Shown in pieces: positions 39,318-48,123 of a stretch of 64,000 nt of DNA. Each line of letters begins with the position of its first letter. The stretch's first letter is position 1. The DNA lies in contig CAWBPM010000002.1 in the NCBI GenBank assembly GCA_963790825.1, positions 4,721 through 68,720 on the forward strand, written 5' to 3'. Under the pieces are notes generated by a model, which was not told the origin of the DNA, ran no database searches, and saw only the letters and a list, made by a program, of their open reading frames with translations. Origin of the DNA: Candidatus Levyibacteriota bacterium. GTDB lineage: Bacteria > Patescibacteriota > Microgenomatia > Levybacterales > UBA12049. The translations under genes and the position numbers were made by a program.

Positions 39318-40004
39318 TTAAAAATTAGTTCCTATAATAACCTCTCTCCAAAGTAGTTTCAGAAATAATAATCCTGTCGGTATGGCACGAGCTGTGCTTT
39401 GTCCTCCGATTCTATTACTTTCAATTGTTGGAAATTCTGTAATCTTTGCGTTTAATTTTAAAGCCCGGATTGTCATTTGAAACTCTATTGCAAAACCCGT
39501 CGCATCCAAACTAAGCGCATTAAATAACTCTTTATCAATTCCCCGGTATCCGTTAATGCTATCTGTTACCCGACCATGCCAGATGGTATTTACAAGAAGA
39601 GTAAATAATTGATTCGCTATCTTCCTAAATTTAAATATACTGTCGTCCTCCTCGTTTCTCGAACCTTTCATAAACCGTGATGCGATAACTAACTTACCGT
39701 TTTTTTTAATATGCTTTACAATTTTTTTTATATCTGCCGGATCTTCATTGCCGTCAGGACTGAAAAAGATTAAATATTTTCCTCGGGCTTTTTTTGCAGC
39801 CAATTTAAACGCTTCGCCTCTTCCCGGTTTCTTCTGTTTAATAACGGGAACATGATGTTTACGAAAAAACTCGACTGTGCCATCTGTGGAATTGTAATCT
39901 ACTGCAAAAAATTCATCAACTGCTTGAAAAGGAATTTTTTTAATAAGCGACTTCATGCCATTTATTTCATTTCGTGTTAAAATAATAAGTGTTGTTTCTG
40001 TCAT
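39318..40004 (-). CDS. GT2 glycosyltransferase (Dpm1-like)
   Basis: RNE, VD..STDGT, PDGNEDP, ASRF, TD.INGYR, R.GG.S. Confidence 0.85.
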   Translation of the reverse strand: MTETTLIILTRNEINGMKSLIKKIPFQAVDEFFAVDYNSTDGTVEFFRKHHVPVIKQKKPGRGEAFKLAAKKARGKYLIFFSPDGNEDPADIKKIVKHIKKNGKLVIASRFMKGSRNEEDDSIFKFRKIANQLFTLLVNTIWHGRVTDSINGYRGIDKELFNALSLDATGFAIEFQMTIRALKLNAKITEFPTIESNRIGGQSTARAIPTGLLFLKLLWREVIIGTNF

Positions 40005-40155
40005 AATTTTTAAAATTTACGCAGGTTGATTGTATCACATAGTGCTTTTTTGTTGACTATTAAGATCAAATATTAGTATCAAATTAAAATTAGACGAGTT
40101 ATTGACAACAGGTAATAGAGACGATACGCTTATTAAAGGTAAATACTGTGGTAAA

Positions 40156-41517
40156 ATGCAAAAAATTAAATTTCTGGGAGCGTCAGGAGATGTAACCGGC
40201 TCTTCTTATCTTTTAACTGCCAGCGATAACACTGAAGTGCTTATCGATTTTGGCATGTTTCAAGGTCCGAAGAAAATCGATAATCTTAATTATCAACCCT
40301 TACAGTTTTCCCCGTCTCGTATTAAAGGCGTACTTTTGACTCATGCTCACCTGGATCATTGTGGAAGGTTGCCGCTTCTCGTATTTAACGGTTATTTCGC
40401 TAAGATATACATGACTGCGCCAACGCGTGCACTTGTCGAAGTTGTGCTTCGTGATGCTGCGAAAGTAGCTGAGAATGAATTTAAGCGTACACCGCTTTAT
40501 GGCATCGATGAGGTGGAGAAAGTTCTTCAAATGATAGAAGTAATAAATTATGACCAGGAATTTAGAATCGGAAGCTTTGCAGTTACCTATAAAGACGCGG
40601 GTCATATTTTAGGATCAGCAAGTATTGAAATTATAGATACAAGCTCCAAAAATAAAGATAAAATTGTATTCAGTGGAGACCTGGGTAACAGTCCGGAAGA
40701 TATTGTCAAACCTACAGAATATATTGATGCTTCTGATTTCGTCGTGATGGAAACGACCTATGGCGATAAGATACACCCGAAAGAAAATGCGACGCGAATT
40801 ATTCAAGAGGAAATAAATATAGTAGAAAAAACAGGGGGAGTGCTTCTTGTTCCCGCTTTTTCAATTGAACGTACGCAAGAACTTTTACACCACATCAATC
40901 ATTTAAAAAAAGATGGACTGGTACGTAGTGATACGCCGGTATTTTTAGACAGTCCTATGGGAATTTTAATAACGGAGATTTTTAAAGACTTTAAAAGCTT
41001 TTATAATGACGAGCTGTTGACACATACAGATAATCCATTTGGGTTTGAGGGGTTGGTTATTACAGAAGAAGCCCGGGATAGCAAAGAAATTATTCAGGCA
41101 ATGAATCCTAAGGTTATCATTGCCGGATCGGGAATGATGAATGGCGGGAGAATAATTCACCACGTAGTGAATTATATATCGAGGGACACGACCCGGGTAC
41201 TTTTTGTGGGTTTCCAGGCGGAAGAAACATTGGGCAGAAGAATTTTGGAAGGAGCGAGGAATATTTGGATCGATAAAACGCAGGTAAAAGTACGTGCGAA
41301 GATACGCGAAATTGCTTCAATGAGTTCGCATGCCGACCAACTAAATCTTCTCAAATGGCTTATCCATATTCGCGGTGTCAAGAAAGTATTTCTGACACAT
41401 GGTGAGGAGAAGCCGAGGAAGATATTTGCAGAAAAAATAAAGCAGGCTAATATGATGCCTGCTGTTTTTCTGCCTGAAATCGGACAGGAACTTCCACTCC
41501 AAATTCAATATCGCTGA
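40156..41517 (+). CDS. MBL-fold beta-CASP ribonuclease-like protein
   Basis: FLGA..VTGS, THAHLDHCG, AGHILGS, FSGDLG, ETTYG, GSGM..GGR, SSHAD, THGE. Confidence 0.9.
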   Translation: MQKIKFLGASGDVTGSSYLLTASDNTEVLIDFGMFQGPKKIDNLNYQPLQFSPSRIKGVLLTHAHLDHCGRLPLLVFNGYFAKIYMTAPTRALVEVVLRDAAKVAENEFKRTPLYGIDEVEKVLQMIEVINYDQEFRIGSFAVTYKDAGHILGSASIEIIDTSSKNKDKIVFSGDLGNSPEDIVKPTEYIDASDFVVMETTYGDKIHPKENATRIIQEEINIVEKTGGVLLVPAFSIERTQELLHHINHLKKDGLVRSDTPVFLDSPMGILITEIFKDFKSFYNDELLTHTDNPFGFEGLVITEEARDSKEIIQAMNPKVIIAGSGMMNGGRIIHHVVNYISRDTTRVLFVGFQAEETLGRRILEGARNIWIDKTQVKVRAKIREIASMSSHADQLNLLKWLIHIRGVKKVFLTHGEEKPRKIFAEKIKQANMMPAVFLPEIGQELPLQIQYR

Positions 41518-42152
41518 TTTGAGGGTCTCCACATAAATATGTGCTCCTGAGCCTTATGGGGTGTCTCTTCCGAAATGATTTCAGCTTTGGGGGCGAGACG
41601 CCTGCAAAGTTCCAACACCCTTTCTGTGTCATATTCAAAAATATCCGGATCTTTCAACAGTTCCGGAGTTAAAAAGTTAAATACCAACCCAGTTCGAGTT
41701 AGACTCCACATTCTTTTAATCATCGCTTCAAGAAAAACATAATTATCCCCTTGCATATTCAGCGATAATGCTCCGGAGCAAAAAACGAAATCATAGTTAG
41801 TTTTTATATGATTTTGCAAAATATCTCCCTGAATAAAGTGTTCAGCTGGATAATTAGCTCGTGCTATATTAAGTGATGGACGATAGATATCGATTCCTGT
41901 ATACTTTTTTATACCATTCTGTCTTAAAACTGCCGACAAATCAGCCGTTCCACAACCTACATCTAAACAACTTTTTCCTGCCAATGTACTATCTGCATAG
42001 TCTGCAATTCTAAGCATGATAGTAAAATTTTCGTTCTGGTTTCCCGGAAGCCAGCCATTTTTCATGCCCATTTGAAAAAACTGGTCATAAATATTCGCAT
42101 TACGAATTAAATCTGTTTCCGATAACCATTTAAACTTTTTTGTAAAAAACAT
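41505..42152 (-). CDS. class I SAM-dependent methyltransferase
   Basis: LDVGCG, GIDI, YDFVFCSG. Confidence 0.85.
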   Translation of the reverse strand: MFFTKKFKWLSETDLIRNANIYDQFFQMGMKNGWLPGNQNENFTIMLRIADYADSTLAGKSCLDVGCGTADLSAVLRQNGIKKYTGIDIYRPSLNIARANYPAEHFIQGDILQNHIKTNYDFVFCSGALSLNMQGDNYVFLEAMIKRMWSLTRTGLVFNFLTPELLKDPDIFEYDTERVLELCRRLAPKAEIISEETPHKAQEHIFMWRPSNQRY

Positions 42153-42318
42153 ATTCTTGATTATATATAATTTGTAAAGTTATTAATATAGTAAAAATTG
42201 TGAACGAGTAAATAAAGTATACAATAATTTAATAAAGTATTCAAGAAGGTTGCTATATTGTCTCTGGATTGAACAATTAAAACAATAAATATCGCTGATT
42301 TGGATTTCTTCAATTCGC

Positions 42319-42347
42319 TTGAAGTAGAAAAGAATTTCAGTTACAAT
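42319..42347 (+). promoter_or_regulatory. sigma70-type promoter for ileS, probable leaderless transcript
   Basis: TTGAAG-17 bp-TACAAT, 7 nt before ATG 42355. Confidence 0.6.
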
Positions 42348-42354
42348 TAATGCC

Positions 42355-45300
42355 ATGTTCAAACCGGTAGATCCGAAAGTTGATTTTTCTGCTCTCGAGC
42401 GCGATTTGCTTAAAAAGTGGTACGAGAAAGGAATTGTAGACCATTATCTCCACAAGAATGATTTAGCAAAAAAGAAGTTCTCCTTTTTAGACGGCCCAAT
42501 TACCGCCAATAATCCGATGGGAGTTCATCATGCATGGGGAAGAACGTATAAAGATCTTTGGCAGAGGTTTCACAACATGCGCGGCTATAGACAGCGCTTG
42601 CAAAACGGTTTTGACTGTCAGGGATTATGGGTTGAAGTAGAAGTTGAAAAAGAATTGGGATTAAGATTTAAGAAAGACATTGAGAACATTGTCCCGGGAG
42701 ACAGAAAAGCCAGTATTGCCAAATTTGTTAAGCTTTGTAAAGAACGTGTCCTCAAATACAGCCAAATTCAAACAGAGCAAAGTAAAAGGCTGGGAAATTT
42801 CATGGATTGGGACCGCTCATATTACACTATGTCAGATGAAAATAATTATATGATTTGGCATTTTCTCAAAACATGTTTTGAGAAAGGCTGGATTTATAAA
42901 GGCAAAGACAGCGTTCCGTGGTGTCCGCGTTGCGAGACCGCGATTTCTCAACATGAAATGTTGACCGAGGATTATAAAGAAGTAGTACATGAATCAATTT
43001 ATATTGAATTTCCGGTTGTAGGGAGTAAAAACGAGTATCTATTAGTCTGGACGACAACTCCCTGGACAATTCCGGGAAATATTGCAGTTGCAGTTGATAA
43101 AAAAATGGATTATTCGTTAGTCGAAGGGAAAACAGGTGATCTTTATTGGATTGCGCAGGAGAGAGTTGAGCCGGTATTTAAAAAGAATTATAAAAGAGTT
43201 GTTAAAACTGTAAAAGGAAAAGATCTGGTTGGTTTAAAGTATCAGGGTCCTTTTGACGAGATCGAGGGAGTTGCTGAAGTGGCTAAGGCAAATCCCGATA
43301 CGTTTCATACGGTAATTGAGACAGATGATTTAATCATGCCGATATCTACTGTCGAAGGAACAGGACTGGTGCACACTGCTGTTTCCGCCGGTTCTGAAGA
43401 TTTCAGATTGGGGAAGAAATTAGGATTACCGATTATTCCCCTGATTGAAGACAATGCTGATTATTTGCCCGGCTTAGATTTTCTGTCGGGTAAAAATGCA
43501 AAAAAGCATCCGGAAATGATTTTCGATTTTCTTAAAGAAAGGGAAGAAAAAGGAGAAAATTGGATATTTTTGATTGAAAGATATAAGCATCGATATCCTG
43601 CTTGCTGGCGATGCAGAACTGAACTGGTTTGGAAAGTTGCTGACGAATGGTACGTTGCAATGGATCGGACCGAGCGAGAGCGAGGGAGATCGCCTGCGAG
43701 CGTCAGCGAGACAGGGGTGGATCAGACCGAGCAATCGAAAGCAGAGGTAAAGGGGAAAGGGAAAACTCTGAGGGAGCAAATGATTGATACGGCAAAAATG
43801 ATTGAATGGCATCCGGAATTCGGTTTGGATCGCGAGCTGGATTGGCTTAGGAACATGCATGATTGGCTGATCAGTAAGAAGAATCGCTATTGGGGACTCG
43901 CATTGCCTATCTTTGAATGCAAAAAATGTGGCAATTTTGAAGTTATAGGCAGTAAAGAAGAACTGAAGGAAAGGGCAGTTGCGGGCTGGAAAGAATTTGA
44001 AGGCCATTCTCCACATAAGCCGTACATTGACGAAGTAAAAATGAAATGCCGGAAGTGCGGTGAAATTGTTTCGAGAATTGAAGACGTCGGAAATGTCTGG
44101 CTTGATGCCGGAATTGTTCCTTTCTCAACCTATATTGACCCGGTCACGAAAGAACTTAGCTATACCACTGACAAGAAATATTGGAAAGAATGGTTTCCGC
44201 CTGATTTTATTACAGAATCATTCCCGGGACAATTTAAAAACTGGTTTTATTCAATGATTGCCATGTCTACAGTTCTGGAAAAGCGCAATCCGTTCAAAAA
44301 AATCTTTGGCTACGGTTCTGTTTTAGCAGAAGACGGTAGGCCAATGCATAAATCGTGGGGTAATGCAATTGAATTTAATGAGGGTGCAGACAAAATCGGC
44401 GTTGACGTCATGCGATGGATGTATGTAAGTAATGATCCGGAGCAAAATCTTTTGTTCGGATATAAAAAGGCAGATGAAACAAGACGCAGATTTCATTTAA
44501 TGCTGTGGAATATTTATAATTTTTTCGTCACATATATAAATATTGATAATTGGGAAATAGAAAATAGGAAATGGAAAATGGGAGACAAGAAAAATATTTT
44601 GGACAAATGGATTCTAAGTCGATTACAAAATACTATTTTGATCGTTACTGGTTCACTAGAAGAACTAAAACCACAAAGATCAACGGAGGCAATCGAGAAT
44701 TTCGTCAACGATTTGTCACTTTGGTACATTAGAAGAAGTCGGGACAGAGTAGGATCGACAGCAACAGACGAACAAGATAAGCAAGCATTTTACGAAACGT
44801 GCTTTAGTGTTTTAATTACACTTTGTAAATTACTGGCCCCCTTCACACCGTTTTTAGCCGATGAAATATATCAAAACTTAACCGGCGAAGAATCTGTTCA
44901 TCTCTCAGACTGGCCGGAAGTACAAGAGAAATTAATAGATGACGCATTAGAAAGCCAGATGATTATGGTAAGAGATGTAGTAGCATCAGGATTATCCGTA
45001 AGAAAAAACCTTGGCATCAAAGTAAGACAGCCGCTTGGGCAGTTATGGTTTGCTGGTTTTCTTGCTAAGGAACAGAAAGTATGGAAGCCTTTTGAACAAC
45101 TAATCAGAGACGAATTGAATGTTAAAGAAATTTGTTATTCCTATGCCGAAGAAATTTGGAAAAATAAAAATAATATAGAACTATTGACAGCCCAGGATAA
45201 AAAAGTAGGTACCAATAGTGGACAATATTTGAATATTGAAATTACACCGGAACTAAAAGCAGAAGGGGAAGCGCGGGATATTATACGGAAAATTCAGGAA

Positions 45301-45447
45301 GAGCGGAAAAAATTAGGTACCAAAATGGATGAAAAAATTGATGTTGTTTTGCCTGATTATCCGGAGGAATTTACAATATATATTAAAAAACAAGCATTAA
45401 TCCGCAACCTGACGAAAGGGAATATCTTCGAATTAATCCGTTTATGA
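42355..45447 (+). CDS. ileS: isoleucyl-tRNA synthetase, type 2
   Basis: DGPITAN, GVHH signature, GFDCQGL.VE, WTTTPWT, GTG.VH, DWLIS, PMHKS, WYIRRSR, QPL. Confidence 0.95.
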   Translation: MFKPVDPKVDFSALERDLLKKWYEKGIVDHYLHKNDLAKKKFSFLDGPITANNPMGVHHAWGRTYKDLWQRFHNMRGYRQRLQNGFDCQGLWVEVEVEKELGLRFKKDIENIVPGDRKASIAKFVKLCKERVLKYSQIQTEQSKRLGNFMDWDRSYYTMSDENNYMIWHFLKTCFEKGWIYKGKDSVPWCPRCETAISQHEMLTEDYKEVVHESIYIEFPVVGSKNEYLLVWTTTPWTIPGNIAVAVDKKMDYSLVEGKTGDLYWIAQERVEPVFKKNYKRVVKTVKGKDLVGLKYQGPFDEIEGVAEVAKANPDTFHTVIETDDLIMPISTVEGTGLVHTAVSAGSEDFRLGKKLGLPIIPLIEDNADYLPGLDFLSGKNAKKHPEMIFDFLKEREEKGENWIFLIERYKHRYPACWRCRTELVWKVADEWYVAMDRTERERGRSPASVSETGVDQTEQSKAEVKGKGKTLREQMIDTAKMIEWHPEFGLDRELDWLRNMHDWLISKKNRYWGLALPIFECKKCGNFEVIGSKEELKERAVAGWKEFEGHSPHKPYIDEVKMKCRKCGEIVSRIEDVGNVWLDAGIVPFSTYIDPVTKELSYTTDKKYWKEWFPPDFITESFPGQFKNWFYSMIAMSTVLEKRNPFKKIFGYGSVLAEDGRPMHKSWGNAIEFNEGADKIGVDVMRWMYVSNDPEQNLLFGYKKADETRRRFHLMLWNIYNFFVTYINIDNWEIENRKWKMGDKKNILDKWILSRLQNTILIVTGSLEELKPQRSTEAIENFVNDLSLWYIRRSRDRVGSTATDEQDKQAFYETCFSVLITLCKLLAPFTPFLADEIYQNLTGEESVHLSDWPEVQEKLIDDALESQMIMVRDVVASGLSVRKNLGIKVRQPLGQLWFAGFLAKEQKVWKPFEQLIRDELNVKEICYSYAEEIWKNKNNIELLTAQDKKVGTNSGQYLNIEITPELKAEGEARDIIRKIQEERKKLGTKMDEKIDVVLPDYPEEFTIYIKKQALIRNLTKGNIFELIRL
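43661..43732 (+). mobile_element. 57-bp in-frame hairpin insertion with 15-bp flanking direct repeats in ileS
   Basis: tggatcggaccgagc (43661-43675) vs tggatcagaccgagc (43718-43732); core gagatcgcctgcgagcgtcagcgagacagggg resembles the glmS-leader element. Confidence 0.7.
44546..44581 (+). repeat. degenerate 7-nt tandem units inside ileS
   Basis: ataattg g gaaatag aaaatag gaaatgg aaaatgg. Confidence 0.6.
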
Positions 45448-46526
45448 TAAGACATCGACTGCTCACTATCGATTGGTGGCTTCTAACACCGGTTATTGTT
45501 CTGGTTAGCGTCAGTCTTACCGTACTTTTTTCACTCAGTAGTGAGTTTTTTACCTCGCAGCTGGTAGCACTTTTTCTGTCAGTTATTATTTTCCTTTTTA
45601 TTTCTCAGATGGATATTACGAGATTTAAGCCTTTTGCAAATATAATTTACTTTGCGTCTCTTATTTTTTTGACCATAGTGCTTATTATCGGTATAGAAAG
45701 TCACGGAGCGGTGCGTTGGGTATCGATTTTCGGAATTCAGCTTCAATTTTCTGAGATTTGTAAACCATTTCTTGCTCTATCCCTCGCTGCATTTCTGTCT
45801 GAGCGGAGCAATATGTCGGCGAAATCATTCTTAACAAGTATTTGTTTTCTCATTCCGGTAATTCTTCTTCTTTTTCTTCAGCCAGACCTAGGTAACACGG
45901 TTATTTATATTTGCGTCGCGCTGTCTACACTTCTCGTCTTTGGTTTTCCAACCCTTTGGTTTTTCTTGGGAATGATTCCGCTTATTGTAATTTCCCCATT
46001 TATTTGGAGCTTACTCCATGATTATCAGAGGCAGCGAATTATGACATTTATTCATCCCTCACACGATCCTTTGGGAAAATCTTATAACGTTATTCAAGCA
46101 ATTATCGCAGTTGGGTCGGGGATGTTTCTGGGAAAAGGACTGGGAGAAGGCAGCCAGTCGGGACTTAGATTTCTGCCTGAGCGACAAACCGATTTTATCT
46201 TCGCGACACTTTCTGAAAAATTAGGTTTTTTAGGGTCACTAATTATACTTTTTGCTTTCTTCTTTTTGTGTTATCGTATTCTTATTATCATACGCAGAAC
46301 TGATGATATTTTTTCAAAAATTCTGGCAACTTCGGCTTTTTGTTTTATTATTATCCATTTCTTTACCAATATAGGCATGAATCTGGGGCTAGTTCCCGTT
46401 GTCGGTATTACATTACCCTTTGTTTCCTTCGGAGGAAGCTCACTTTTATCAAATTTTATTTTAATCGGTTTTGTGTCCAATATCAGTACATCTATACAAA
46501 ACAACAAGGTGCTTGAAATTCATTGA
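45444..46526 (+). CDS. rodA: SEDS peptidoglycan polymerase RodA
   Basis: GAVRW, QPDLG, YQRQRI..F, DPLG..YN..QA..AVGSG, FLPERQTDFIF, P.VGITLPFVSFGGSS. Confidence 0.9.
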   Translation: MIRHRLLTIDWWLLTPVIVLVSVSLTVLFSLSSEFFTSQLVALFLSVIIFLFISQMDITRFKPFANIIYFASLIFLTIVLIIGIESHGAVRWVSIFGIQLQFSEICKPFLALSLAAFLSERSNMSAKSFLTSICFLIPVILLLFLQPDLGNTVIYICVALSTLLVFGFPTLWFFLGMIPLIVISPFIWSLLHDYQRQRIMTFIHPSHDPLGKSYNVIQAIIAVGSGMFLGKGLGEGSQSGLRFLPERQTDFIFATLSEKLGFLGSLIILFAFFFLCYRILIIIRRTDDIFSKILATSAFCFIIIHFFTNIGMNLGLVPVVGITLPFVSFGGSSLLSNFILIGFVSNISTSIQNNKVLEIH

Positions 46527-46600
46527 CTCTTAGACCTAATCTTGATTATTCTGTGTCTTGTCCCAAGCTTTCCAGTTTGCTATAATAAACTCATTAATCT

Positions 46601-46999
46601 ATGAAATATGCAGTTATTCAAACCGGTGGTAAACAATATCGTGTCTCAGAAGGGGATATTTTAGAAGTTGAGAGATTACCTTACGATCCGGATAGACAGT
46701 TTGGTCTAGACGTTCTTTTGTATAATGCTGACGGTGATTTACAAATTGGTAAACCGTTTGTCGATGGTATTTTGGTCCAGGCAACAGTTTTGGCAGATAC
46801 GAAGGGACAAAAACTCAGGGTTTCTAAGTTTAAGTCAAAAGTACGGTTCAGAAGAGTAACCGGACACAGACAATATCTCTCGCAAATTAAAATTGACCAT
46901 ATCGGAGAAAAGGTGAATGAAGCAAAAAGAGGTGTTTCTGTGAGCGTAGAGGAGCAAGCAAAAGTAAAAACTACAGTGAAACAAGCTAAAAAGAATTAA
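46601..46999 (+). CDS. rplU: 50S ribosomal protein L21
   Basis: YAVIQTGGKQYRV..GD, GHRQ. Confidence 0.95.
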   Translation: MKYAVIQTGGKQYRVSEGDILEVERLPYDPDRQFGLDVLLYNADGDLQIGKPFVDGILVQATVLADTKGQKLRVSKFKSKVRFRRVTGHRQYLSQIKIDHIGEKVNEAKRGVSVSVEEQAKVKTTVKQAKKN

Positions 47000-47001
47000 G
47001 C

Positions 47002-47030
47002 TTGACATTTGTGAAAAGTGACGATAGAAT
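47002..47030 (+). promoter_or_regulatory. near-consensus sigma70 promoter for rpmA-parB, overlapped by a 9-bp inverted repeat
   Basis: TTGACA-17 bp-TAGAAT; ttgtgaaaa (47009-47017) / ttttcacaa (47039-47047). Confidence 0.7.
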
Positions 47031-47053
47031 AAGGGTAATTTTCACAACAAACT

Positions 47054-47305
47054 ATGGCACACACAAAAGCACAAGGTTCGGTAAAAGGTAATCGCGATTC
47101 GATAGCAAAACGTTTAGGTATAAAGATTTATGGCGGAGCAAAAGTCCAGCCGGGGCATATCATCGTCAGACAAAAAGGAACGAAATTTTTTGCCGGAGAC
47201 GGGGTTTCAATGGGGAATGATTATACATTATTTGCGCTGCGTAACGGCACTGTAAATTTTAAAACATTGCGAGGTAAACAATATATCGAGGTAATCAATG
47301 GATAA
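47054..47305 (+). CDS. rpmA: 50S ribosomal protein L27
   Basis: MAHTK..GS...RDS..KRLG.K, IIVRQ.GT, D.TLFA. Confidence 0.95.
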   Translation: MAHTKAQGSVKGNRDSIAKRLGIKIYGGAKVQPGHIIVRQKGTKFFAGDGVSMGNDYTLFALRNGTVNFKTLRGKQYIEVING

Positions 47306-48122
47306 TCCTATCGATAAAATTTACGAGCTGGAAACGAACCAGTTACAGTCAAATCCTCTTCAACCGCGAGGTGTTATTACTCAGGACTCTCTTACCGATC
47401 TCGTAGAATCAATACGTGAACAAGGAATTCTGGAACCGATTGTGGTTGCCGAGACTCCCGCCGGATATCAAATTATTGCCGGTGAGAGAAGATGGCGGGC
47501 GGCGAAATTGGCAGGTCTTCAGAAAGTGCCGGTAGTGGTTCGAAAAACTACCCCGCAGGGAATGCTGGAAATGGCAATTGTTGAAAATGTTCAGCGCGAA
47601 GACCTAAATCCGATCGAAAGGGCACTTGCGTATAAGAGGTTGATTGATGAATTCGGACTCGGAACAAACGAGGTAGCGAGACGTGTCGGAAAAAGTGCTC
47701 CGACGGTCTCAAATACGATTCGTCTCTTATCTCTTCCGGATGCGATAAAAGATGCATTGGTTGCGAATGTTATCACAGAAGGCCATGTTCGACCTCTTAT
47801 TTCTCTTGGAGATCCGAAGATAATGCTTGAGATTTTTAAGAAAATTCTGAGAGATAATTGTACAGTCCGCCAGACAGAAGAAATGGCTCGTCAAGCAAAA
47901 AGCGGAATTCAAGATCATGAGCCTAAAAAAATAAATTCTATTGTCTACATACCGGAACAAGACTCGATGGCGAAAGAAATTCAGGAAAAATATATGTTTT
48001 CTAGAGTGAGAATTCATCAATCAGGAAGACTGGCAAGAGTTATTATCGAAATTAAAGGAGAGCCGGAAACAACGACAGAACGGTTAAAACTTCTCTACCG
48101 TATCCTAACGGAATCGGAATAA
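47298..48122 (+). CDS. parB: ParB/Spo0J chromosome partitioning protein
   Basis: NPLQPR, SI...GILEPI, IIAGERRWRAA, ENVQREDL.PIE, HTH GKS...VSN..RLL.LP. Confidence 0.92.
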   Translation: MDNPIDKIYELETNQLQSNPLQPRGVITQDSLTDLVESIREQGILEPIVVAETPAGYQIIAGERRWRAAKLAGLQKVPVVVRKTTPQGMLEMAIVENVQREDLNPIERALAYKRLIDEFGLGTNEVARRVGKSAPTVSNTIRLLSLPDAIKDALVANVITEGHVRPLISLGDPKIMLEIFKKILRDNCTVRQTEEMARQAKSGIQDHEPKKINSIVYIPEQDSMAKEIQEKYMFSRVRIHQSGRLARVIIEIKGEPETTTERLKLLYRILTESE

Positions 48123-48123
48123 A

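Noticed and set aside
42153-42354. T-box riboswitch upstream of ileS
   Set aside because: No T-box consensus (GGTGGNACC) or terminator; a promoter lies 7 nt from the ATG.
43661-43765. Intein or intron in ileS
   Set aside because: Far too short, with no Cys/Ser start and His-Asn end and no group I/II intron core.
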